A stretch of DNA of 64,000 bases from Ramazzottius varieornatus (lineage: Eukaryota > Animalia > Tardigrada): NCBI GenBank assembly GCA_001949185.1, contig BDGG01000001.1, positions 7,762,149-7,826,148 of the forward strand. Reading direction: 5' to 3'. The notes beneath the pieces are model-generated. The model was not told where the DNA came from and did no database searches. It saw nothing but the letters and a program-made list of their open reading frames with translations. The position numbers were made by a program, and so were the translations under genes. This document shows positions 40,201 to 49,924 of the stretch, in pieces (position 1 is the stretch's first letter; every line of letters starts with the position of its first letter).

Positions 40201-43200
40201 ATCTGTTGAGGAATACCGGCCACATCTGTTTCACTACTGGTAAGCTCCATATTTTCTTTCGTTGTTTTTGGAATTCCAAATGTTGGATTTCCAATCTGTT
40301 TAGTCCTCGTAGATACTAGACCAAGAAAAGTATGACAGAAATATTCCTCGGGATCACCGCACGCTTCACCAACAGGAAGATTCTTGTCAGACATCACATA
40401 AAACTCAGCTGTGTGTCATTTCCGTCTCGCCACACGGTAGAAAACATCTACGTGTTGTTCAAACAAGAACTGACCAACTGGGGCATCAAGCCGCAGAACG
40501 TGTCGATCGTCCAGACCGACAATGCTTCGAATATGGTGGCCGCGTTCAAGATGCATGACGCGAACCTTGACCAGTATGTCACCGAGGCGGATGAGCTCAA
40601 AGCAATCGACGAGGCTATGCTGCAGTGCATGATGGACGAAGACGGCCCACCGGAGGATGACGAGGAAGCGGCGAAAACAGTAGAGGCGTTTGAGAAGTTC
40701 GAGGTGGAAGCTGGGAGCTTGTTTGAAGACTACAAGCGATATCCATGTTTCATACATACGTTGCAACTTATCGTAAAGCTGTTTAAGGATGGCGCGCCAA
40801 TCAAAGCAGTAATGACGAAAGCACACAGTCGTATCACGGATTCTCTTGTCGAGTACTGCAACACCCGAGCTGACACGTCGTACGGGCTTTAAGCTAATTG
40901 CGGAGAATGAGACTCAGTGGTCGAGCACTTTGATGATGAATGAGGGATTGGCCAGAGTGCAGGCTGCAGTCGAGTCGATGATTGTGGTGGAGAAGATCGT
41001 GAAAGCCGATAATCTGACTGAAGGAGAATGGCGCGTATTGAAAGGAGTGGTCAAGTTCCTCGGGAAGTTCAAGCTGGTAAGAATCGCCTCTGATGCGAAA
41101 GGGCTGATCATACCACTATGTGATAGAGCCGGACGAACGCGCGCCAGAATTGATCTGTGCACCCGGATAAGATGCCTCGGGCACTGCATGATCGATGTAA
41201 CTCGACAGACGGACACTCCGTACGCTCATTATATTGCGACTGGAATACCAGCTTTACGGGCATACTATATTGAAATTACAAAATGTCGTCCTAATAGATC
41301 AAATAATTTGAATTGCTGTCGAAAGCTGGATTCTGATTAATGGTAATCGTCAGTTCAGTAACGACGAACTACCGGCAATTCGAATTACGGCTACGCGAAG
41401 GATTTCGATTAATCGTAATAGTAATTCGAACTGCAAAAGTCGTATCGGAACAACACTGCTCAAGACTTTCTCTTTTCGACACGAAACCGATGCGCGGTTG
41501 GTCAGTCGAGAAGGCGAGGACAATTATTTTCTCGTAGGTTTTTGAGAACGAGGTTGATGGTTTGCTTCCTACTCCGCCCGATGAGCTGACGGAACACAAT
41601 CTGCGATTTTTCACGCATTGGGAAGACTGGGGAAGCTGTAACGAATGTGGGGTGAAATCGAGCAGGAGACGCATTGGCATTTGTATGGTTGAAGTAAGTA
41701 TCACAAGTTCATAACAAGATCCGAACTTTTAGCCCAGATCGAACATAGAATATCGTAGGAAACAGCCAAATCGTGACGAAAAATAAAGCCTTTTCGGAAT
41801 CTGTTGTAAAGCCATGATTGTCGTACACAGCACTCAATGCGATGTTGGAACCAAAGTGTTAAAGACGTTTCCTGCCTTTTTATTTTCACAGAAGATAAAC
41901 TTTAGTTCTCCGATAAAGCCTGTCGATTATCCCACCTTCAACATGTACGGATGGGGACTTCCATGTCGCTCTCCGCTGATTCCAGCCAATTTTTCGGCAG
42001 AGTACGCGGACTATCTGAGCCGGCCTAGCGAGATCCAGCTCGGACACTGCCAACAGCCCTGTCCGGTACCACCACCCATGGTAAATATGTTCGGCTTTCA
42101 CGTTTCACGTCTGGCAGTGTCGGCACTTGAACTTGAGCCGTGTTGTCTTCTCTTGGCCAGGTCTTCATTACGGATTCCAAAGGGAAGATTATCGATCAGT
42201 TCGAGGGAACAGAAGGCGGTGTGTATTCGTTGGACTCTGGGCCGCCGCAATTACCAGCCATGGTTCATCGCGTCACCGCGTATGAGGAAGAAGGCGACCG
42301 CATTCGGATGATGTGTCCAAAGTAGGTTTGAATGCTTCATTTCCTGAGAAATTCCTGCATTATATGCCGGAAGAGTACACCGGTCTTCTGGCAGAGGTGC
42401 AAAGAAGTCCGTTAGGTGGCAGAATTGTTCCACGACTGTCAAGGGCGTACTGTGTCGACCAATCGATCCTTTCCACGTCGAGAAAAAGTCGCAAGGACGG
42501 ATCGTGATCAACGTGGTCAACTCATTACTCATAAAGAAGATTACATTTTTTGACGTCGGAATTTACAGGTGAATTTGACCAGAAGAGATGTGGGCTGAAA
42601 AGCAGATTCTGAGTTGGCATATGCTAAAACCAGGGCCTGGACTGGATCGGTGGATCCCTGTATCTGGATTCTGTATCTGGATTTCCCCTGGATCTGTACT
42701 CTGTATCTGGACTGACGTACATTTTAAAAATTAAAAATACAATATGCAGCCGAAAATTTTCCGAATAATATTCTACAAAAATGGAATGTTGTCTCTGTAC
42801 GTAAATTCACATAACTACGCAGTAACGGCCACCGATGCAACTCGACCGGCTTATCACGCTCTTAGTGTTGAGACCGTGAAGGGCGCCAGTCTGCAACAGA
42901 ACAACAAAGCTGCAGGGAGATTTTTTACAGACAATGAAGTGAAGAAAAGAACTACGCGGAGCTGAGCCTGTCTGATCAGAAATCGATCCAGAACTCGGTC
43001 AAGTATGCTATGGTGAAAGCGTACCCAGAGGTAGGAAAAAGAAAGACGGAAAGGAGAGGGGGAAGACGCGACAGACGCCCTGTCTACAACGGTTTGAGAT
43101 TCATCTGAGACAGTTTTAAATATCTGGTAAAGTTTTTCTCTTCAATTTATCAATTATTATTTTCCTATTACCATTAATGTTTTATGGATCATACCCGTAC

Positions 43201-43648
43201 CCCTCGTTTGAAAATTTATTCTGAATTTTCAGTTTTCTGAATTTCTGTCTGTCTTATTTAGGGATTTTTTTCGGTGGTTCCTTGTAAAAAAATTTTTGTC
43301 ATTCACCTGTCACCTCCGTTTTGAAATATGATAGTCCAGATACAGAGTACAGATCCAGGCGTAATCCAGATACAGGGATCCACCGATCCAGTCCAGGCCC
43401 TGGTTTTAGCATATGCCTTCTGAGTTTGAGCTGAGCGAAAGTGTATTCTTCACGATATTTTCTGTTTGATCTTTACTGTCGGTTTGTCCTGCAGCTGCTA
43501 TTACGATGGACGTTTGGTGGCCACCACCAAGCTCTTCGTGAACCCGCGACGAAACCGGAACCTGAAGAAAAACATTATGATCTTCGGCATTGTCATAGTC
43601 GCCATGTTCTTCCTGGTAGCTATCATCTATCTCATACGGAACACGTGA
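37270..43648 (+). CDS. FAM187A: Ig-like V-type domain-containing protein FAM187A-like (signal peptide, two Ig domains, C-terminal TM)
   Basis: MMKFFLLFLFLVIEG; GQDVVLKCRD; DLMVYDAARYRC; FFTHWEDWGSCNECGVKSSRRRIGICMV (FAM187 signature); GLPCRS; RPSEIQLGHCQQPCP; DVGIYS/CYYDG; TM IMIFGIVIVAMFFLVAIIYLI. Confidence 0.85.
37755..37920. repeat. Family P element, 2 units
   Basis: FAM187A first intron; CAAGATCGTTTTACCAAGTGGCGCACG-N23-CGTGCGCCGCTTGGGAAACGATC. Confidence 0.85.
38314..38951. mobile_element. Non-autonomous hAT-type MITE nested in the larger hAT
   Basis: 12-bp TIR TAGTGCTGGCAA / TTGCCAGCACTA. 8-bp TSD TGATTTTG / TAATTTTG (7 of 8 match). Dense subterminal ATATCG/TATCGA repeats at both ends. 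Confidence 0.9.
39487..41080 (+). pseudogene. hAT (BED-finger / DDE) transposase pseudogene
   Basis: RKKDSPVWYFFK* (start of a BED finger); ICFTT; FLGITARF; FPSRHTVENI; VQTDNASNMVAAF; PCFIHTLQLIV; ENETQWSST; LTEGEW. Stops and frameshifts present; C-terminal dimerisation domain not seen. Confidence 0.9.
42616..43417. mobile_element. Mutator-like (MULE) non-autonomous element, 802 bp, in the last FAM187A intron
   Basis: Perfect TIR of about 55 bp (GGCATATGCTAAAACCAGGGCCTGGACTGGATCGGTGGATCCCTGTATCTGGATT), extending imperfectly to about 85 bp. Perfect 9-bp TSD TTCTGAGTT at 42607-42615 and 43418-43426. Confidence 0.92.
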
Positions 43649-43994
43649 AGACTCTGACGATGAGCCTGTGGACTTTGAATATTGGCTATTTTCTCCGTTG
43701 ACTTTGTCTTTATTTCAAGATCAAGGTTCTCTGTCTTGCTGTGCCAGCTAATATCAAATACGGAATGTCGCACGACGACTCGCTTTTCGAGAGGATTTCG
43801 GTATTTTATATTTCCTTTCCTGCATTCTCAGCAGAAATTGAACTTTTAAATTTCGTTCTACACTGGTTCGCATGTGACGACTGTATAAAATCTGGCAGAA
43901 TCGACATGATCTTTATTCGCTTTTTGAAGACCTTTGAGACATAGCGGATCAGGGAAACGTTCACCGACGATCCTTTCCTTTTCCATCATCAAAA

Positions 43995-45119
43995 ATGGAC
44001 AAATTATTGCTCCTGTTGGCAACCATCGTGGCCAGTATTGGTACGTTTCCTCCCCGAAATTTTACGTCTTACAGTTTACAAAAGTTGCTTTCTCGGAGAC
44101 TGATGACCCGTTGCTTGCAGTGTACACTACCGCGGACCTGGTCTGCGATTGTAGCGGGAAGTTGGGCACCCTTCCTGTGTGCGGGACGGATAACTTTACC
44201 TACCATAACGCCTGTATCCTCAAGGAAGCCCAGCAAACCGACATCAGTAAGCGAATTTTGCCAGCTTCTAACAGCAGATCATTTTCCAAAATTGAAGTAA
44301 AAAGTTTAGAGCAAATTTCTTATCATATCCAAATTCAGACAAAAGATGCTCCATTTTTCTGCGTGGTTTTCAGAGCTGGGGAGGAGGTGTAGTGGAGAAT
44401 GTCCCTGTCCAACGGATAAAGTACCCAGTAAGTGCTTGAAATGCGCACCTTATTCACTTCTGGCTTTCTACTACGGTTTCCACAGGTTTCTGTAACTCTG
44501 ACTCTCTGAACGAAGACGAATTTCACGGATTCAGTGCTACCGACTTCGATGGGGACTTCGATCCAGCCCGCATGGTAGACATTATCGGTGTGGAGCATGC
44601 GCCATACGGCGAGGACCATCTGCGCCACATGTTCTTCAGCGGAATGGGTCGCGTCACCGCACGGCCCACTGCCAGTTCCAAACCCAACCCAAGCGCACCT
44701 TTACCCACCAGCAAGGTCTGCATGACCGATGGAAACACCCTGCCGAACATGAAAGTGGCGTACTGTCTGCTACGAACTACCCCGGACGCAGGTACGTGCA
44801 CTTGCGAGCTTGGCAGATAAACCTGACATGTTTGGTTTTCCAAGTGGTGCACGTTGTTGATATTATTGGCCGCAGGTGTGCGCCACCTAGAAAAACGATC
44901 TCGTCGTTTCTGTTTGCCTACGTCCCATCCATATCCTCAATTCCCGTTCAGCGAAAATCTTTTAGTACTTGTTATCGTGGGAAACAAGTCGATTGTTTTA
45001 TTGTAGAACTCGGCGTACGATGCCTTGGGGACTGCATGGACTGCGCGAAACAACCTCCATGTCCTGTCGAGAAGAAACCTGCACCAAAATTGAGGGCAGC
45101 GATAACCTCAACGCACTGA
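43995..45119 (+). CDS. Secreted protein with two Kazal-like domains (spliced)
   Basis: Signal MDKLLLLLATIVASI; CDCSGKLGTLPVCGTDNFTYHNAC...CSGECPC; second atypical domain KVCMTDGNTLPN...YC...RCLGDC. Confidence 0.8.
44805..44920. repeat. Family P element, 1 unit
   Basis: Kazal gene intron; CAAGTGGTGCACG-N23-TGTGCGCCACCTAG. Confidence 0.8.
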
Positions 45120-45430
45120 TCCACCCGGAAGTCTGTCAATCCGACAACTCATTTTCATATTTTTCTAAACAGCTCCCGCACGATGTAGAGACATACGCAA
45201 ATCTCAACAGTTTTCCTTCAGTTTACTGTTATTCCATGCAGACTATGAAGATTAGAAAACAATCTCCCCTTTCTAAAATTCATTTGAGAGGTATTTATAA
45301 TGTGGCACAAGAGATCTGGAGAATCAGGGAAATTAACAAGAACGACTACGAGAAAGTAACGCAAATACATAACGAGCGAAGCAACAGCGAGGGAGTTAAT
45401 CAGAAACCTTTCAAACTTCAGAACTGGATT

Positions 45431-46801
45431 CTAAACAACGGCAGTTTGATTTATATCGGGCCACTGCACATGCTTCTTCAAAAAAAATTCCAGCACCAAC
45501 CTCTTCGCTTTCGCCATCAAATCTTCCCTTGTTTCCACCACCTTCGGTTCCTTCACGACCACCGGAAGCACTCTCGGCGCAGTGGCTTGTGTCGTCACTG
45601 CGGCGGTTGACGTCAAAGTCTGACGTGCAGGTACATCCTCCTGTTCCAACAACTGCGACCTGCGTTTGTACCGTTCGGCCCGCAATGCCGCTGTCGACTG
45701 CCGCTTTTCCGCTCTGCCTGACCTGTCGCCCTCCTCGCTCCGCAACCGCTTGGCGGTAATCCTTGCGGCTGCCGCCTCCTGTCGTTCCTGCTTGGCCTTC
45801 TCCTTCATCAACGCCACGGCCGCTGCTCGTCGTCGCCGCTGCTCCATCCTCCGCTGCATGTCATGGTGGTTCTTTTCTTCGAAGGCGGCCTCCAAGGCAG
45901 GCAGTACGGTGTTCTCGAGGGCAGCGATCAGCTGCTTCATGTTCTTCCCCGTTGAGCCCACCTTCTTCAACGCAGCTAGAGTCGAATGAAATCCTTCAGC
46001 CTCCGATGTGACCAACTCCCAGGTAAACGATCCCGTACCAGTCTCGGGGTCGTACTTGATGTTGGACTCTTTGTACAGCCGCGTTCCGAAGAGGTAGTAA
46101 TAGTTGCAGGCTTTCTGGTCCGTCCCGATGGGAATGACACGAAGACGGTCCGTTTCCGCGAACGTGTCGATAAAGTTCACCTTGACTAAATGCCCCATCA
46201 TCCAACAGTTCATCAGAACCAACATCACCTCAGCTTTCATGGCTGGAGGTATATCGTGGAAGCCAATGTAGGTATCGTCGATGAGCGGAAGTGGAGCATT
46301 AGTCTTCTCGGTCACAACGCCCAACTTTGAATTCGATTCATCGACTATAATGTTTTCTTGGGTGCTTTCTTCCGCCAGGATTTTGTCTTCCAGGGCTTCA
46401 TGGCTGATCGTGGCTTCAGGTTCGGAGCTAGCTGAGGCTTGTTCGGTGGATGGTTTATCCTCGATGTCGATGAGGGGAGGAAGTGGGCGGAGAAAGGGAC
46501 AGGGTAGCTCTGCTTGGGCGTATACGTGCCATTTGCGAATGGCTAAACTGCGCAAGATATCGTAGCAGGTTTCTTCGCGTACGTAGGCTTGTCCGCAACC
46601 CTTGAGAAGCTTGATGATAATGTTGGTGAGGATGGCTGGATCGTAGGCGTAATATTCGTCAGTCTTGGGGTCGGTGGGGGGAAGCAGGCTGATTTCGTAC
46701 TCGTCAATGTCGAGCTTGGGCAGGGACAGGTGGTCGGCATGGAGAACGTTGAATATTTGGACGAAATTAGGGACAGCCGAGCTAGCGCGAAGTGCGTCCA
46801 T
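45431..46801 (-). CDS. CECR2-like ISWI-partner protein (DDT/WHIM/WSD-type N-terminal region), intronless, no bromodomain
   Basis: 456-aa ORF: LPKLDIDEYEISLL...IIIKLLKGC; FHDIPPAMKAEVM; LRVIPIGTDQKACNYYYLFGTRLYKE; WELVT; TVLPALE followed by a charged coiled coil. Confidence 0.78.
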   Translation of the reverse strand: MDALRASSAVPNFVQIFNVLHADHLSLPKLDIDEYEISLLPPTDPKTDEYYAYDPAILTNIIIKLLKGCGQAYVREETCYDILRSLAIRKWHVYAQAELPCPFLRPLPPLIDIEDKPSTEQASASSEPEATISHEALEDKILAEESTQENIIVDESNSKLGVVTEKTNAPLPLIDDTYIGFHDIPPAMKAEVMLVLMNCWMMGHLVKVNFIDTFAETDRLRVIPIGTDQKACNYYYLFGTRLYKESNIKYDPETGTGSFTWELVTSEAEGFHSTLAALKKVGSTGKNMKQLIAALENTVLPALEAAFEEKNHHDMQRRMEQRRRRAAAVALMKEKAKQERQEAAAARITAKRLRSEEGDRSGRAEKRQSTAALRAERYKRRSQLLEQEDVPARQTLTSTAAVTTQATAPRVLPVVVKEPKVVETREDLMAKAKRLVLEFFLKKHVQWPDINQTAVV

Positions 46802-47322
46802 TCATTCAAGGGAGAGCATCTAGAGAGGTGAGACGGGCCAGGTGAATATTCCTTGGATACAAAAACACAGTCAGTCACATCGTTTCAAGCAGTGGAGCGA
46901 GCACAGCGTATCACTAACCGGGGCGTTCAGTATCCAGGCATTCTCGTCCGGACTCCACAGTGTTACAGTACGGGGCACTGTTAATGAGATGGCTAAAGGC
47001 AGAGGTGGGGTTCCGTGCAGAGGGATTCTCGGATTTGAAGGAAGAATACAGAAGATTTGACAAGTTTGATGGGATAAAACATGCGCTTGGAAACTGGCAG
47101 AATTTAGCAGGGGAGAGAGAGGCGTTCGAATTCGCTCCCTCTTTATCATTTCGAATTTGAAATGAACGCAGCGAACACTTCTTTTGTTCATACAGTGCGT
47201 CACTCCGTGCCACTCACAAACCGCTATTTCTAACCTCACATACGTACGCACTTGGTACTTCATCAAGTTCGCTTACAAAATTTGCTTGCCGAAATCGTAC
47301 TTTGCTGTCGCGAAATTTATTA

Positions 47323-48560
47323 TTACGGTACGAATACTTTGATGTCAAATATCATAATTTTCACTGAAATTAGGATCAAACAGACTGAAGCAGCCAGGAA
47401 AAACTTATAATTGAATAGGTGCAAATTGCAAAATGGTTTTAGCTTAGTCGCTTGAAACGTAGTCGAAAACCGCAGCGAAACCTTCTGCAATAAGGTCCAC
47501 GTTTCCACTGGCAAAAACATCCTCAAAAGAGCTTTTACAGTCCCAGGATTCATTGGTTCTGTGAGCGAACTTGCTGCTAGATATTTCAGGGCTGCTGCCT
47601 TCAACGCAGGAGCCGACATTTGATCCGCATGGAGCAGCAGATCTGCCACATTGTCCTCGGTGATGGAACCGATTAGGTCCTCCTCGCACTTGTGCTTTAC
47701 GTGGTGTAGTTCGTACTTTTCCGCTGCATCAAATAGCTTTCTGGCGTTATTGCTGACGTTGTCCACGCAGCCGTAGTACATGAAGCGTAAAAGTCCATCC
47801 AATGATTTCACAGCGATGATTTCTTGCATTCATCCAGATTGGCCTCAAACATGGCATGGAATACTCACGATGCGCAGCTTAAGACCACTTTATGGACGCG
47901 ACGCTCTGCGCCGTCGGAGGAAACCAAGACGAAATCTCGACCAATGTCCGAGGAATACATGTCCATGTTTCGTTGCAGCAGTACGTGGACCAACGGCGGC
48001 TGATATTTCTTTCATCCTGGCTCAAGCACGGTGCACAGAATATCCACTCTAATAGTTAGGATGCCATCTGTGAAACGCAACGTTGAGTTGTCACCCCAAA
48101 TTTCCGTGTGAGGAATCCACTGAGGCACTCCAAGCATCATTTGGTCGTCGTCCAGCTTGCCATGAACCACGTGCACAATCTGCGCTTTTCTGGTGAAGTT
48201 CGGAAGTAACTCTTTTTCTGTTGAATCGTTGTTTACAACTCTGGTGAACAAGTTCAACCCATAACTATATTGACACTATCCGACAACAGCCAGAAAAGCA
48301 GGAACTATGTGCTTACCCGAACACACAATCCACAATAACATTCCATTTATCCTGGGTGGCCTTCGCGTGGGGTTCTGTATATTGTAGGAATGGATCTGGT
48401 GAGACCGACTGTCGATGCAGATAAGCTGAAACAAATTTGGTGCAATGTCGACGATAGCTTCCGGGTATGGATTCAACGCGACTGCAATGCCCCAGCTGGA
48501 TAAACTCGGCCCAAATGTGAACCCATCTGAACAAATACTTTCAGTATGCCCTTTCAAGGA
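47323..48560 (-). pseudogene. BTB/POZ (SPOP-like) pseudogene
   Basis: DFVLVSSDGAERRVHKVVLSCAS*VFHAMF has an in-frame stop, then a frameshift into LLRFMYYG...LFDAAEKYELHHVKHKCEEDL...NVADLLLHAD...LKAAALKYL. Upstream ORF fragments are broken. Confidence 0.82.
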
Positions 48561-48823
48561 ATGAAAGTTCTTAATACAGTAGAAAACTCAATGGTGATCG
48601 GCACTGGCTTCGGAAAAGTTGGAGATGTTATTGTCAGCACCGAGTTAGCCATCTCAAGGACCCTCTAATCTTCTAAAAGGATACGGAAAGTTTCGTGAAA
48701 ACGCCGAAACAAACTGCGCTTCCAATCGAACGCAAATTCGTATCGGAAGAAAAGAAATGTTCGGCCGCGAAGTACCAGTACCACATGCACGATCTGCGGT
48801 TATCAGTCCCTTCGATTTGCAGG

Positions 48824-49583
48824 TACATAGACCTCTGCAATGACTTCAATACGTCACAGCACGATCGTCGCATTTGAAAGCTCGCGTAGAGTTCACTCGA
48901 GAAACTCTGACGTCAAAAAGTTATCAGTGTTACTGCCTAGTAAGAAGTATTGCAATGAATTACCATAAGTACAACACTCAGAGCAAAACAAGTTCGCCTT
49001 CTGTGTCGTCGTTGAACATGAAATAGTGCTGGGCACCTTCTGTAATCGAAATGGTAGGAACAACATCCAGAATAACACTGGCAGCTACTTCCGAGGGTAT
49101 CTCCTCTTTATGCACGATTCCGCACTTTCGAAAGCAATTCTGTATATAATTGTGGTCTTCACACTTCTGAGCGCTTCCAGCGACCAGTTACACGCATCAA
49201 ACACCGTTACCTCTTGCACGAAATAACCATGGTCATCCATGCTGTTTGATATTCACTCGGAAAATCGCATTTTCTTTCCGCTTTGGATTTGCAGGAGTAC
49301 AACGCCTCACTGTAGTACATATTGTCTGAACTATTCCAGTACTTTTCGAGCGTTCACTCCCTTTCGCCATGTCATATTTCAGAAAACTTCCTAAGACAAC
49401 AGAGAATCCGGAACAGTACGAAAAGATGGGACCTCTGTATAGCACATAGCCGAAGTCCGGTCTGGTCTGTACTGGTTGTGACGTATTACTTCGCGTGAAT
49501 TTAGGGTGATTCGCAACTTGCCCTGGATGCTCATGTTAAAATCCGGTTTCTGACGTATTGAAGTCATTGCAGAGGTCTATGTA
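48824..49583. repeat. Perfect 33-bp inverted repeat pair
   Basis: 48824-48856 TACATAGACCTCTGCAATGACTTCAATACGTCA is the exact reverse complement of 49551-49583. Confidence 0.9.
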
Positions 49584-49924
49584 TCAGTTATTCGATCAAG
49601 CTCGGTCGCTGTCAGTCTGTGCAGCAGTACCAAACTACGCGAAGGCACGGTCAAGACAGGGAGTCTGCTTGGGCAACGGCAAGAAGCAGCAAGTCCTCCG
49701 TACATGATCAAACGTTCTGGGAATATCTTATCAGGACCAAATAAAAGTCGTTGCTCACATTGACCTGCCGTTTCATAAACGAACAGCAAGCAACCTAGTC
49801 AAACATATGAGTACATTTGCTGTAAGCGCCCCACCTTGTTTCATCAACCCAGACAGCGCCCCCTTGGCACAACTCACAACAGTAACCAGCACGATAAAGG
49901 GTTCGGTAAGAGATTAGACAGAAA

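Larger units (their letters stand above)
38265..41458 (+). mobile_element. hAT-superfamily DNA transposon (3194 bp, defective) inside a FAM187A intron
   Basis: Perfect 15-bp TIR CAGTGTTGTTCCGAT / ATCGGAACAACACTG. Perfect 8-bp TSD CTCAAGAC at 38257-38264 and 41459-41466. Subterminal AATTCG/TTACG repeats and transposase remnants inside. Confidence 0.95.

Noticed and set aside
44969-45610. 213-aa plus-strand ORF
   Set aside because: It overlaps the 3' ends of two convergent genes, has no domain features and is probably a chance frame.
48660-49500. Coding-like fragments upstream of the BTB pseudogene
   Set aside because: Stops in all frames and no identifiable family.
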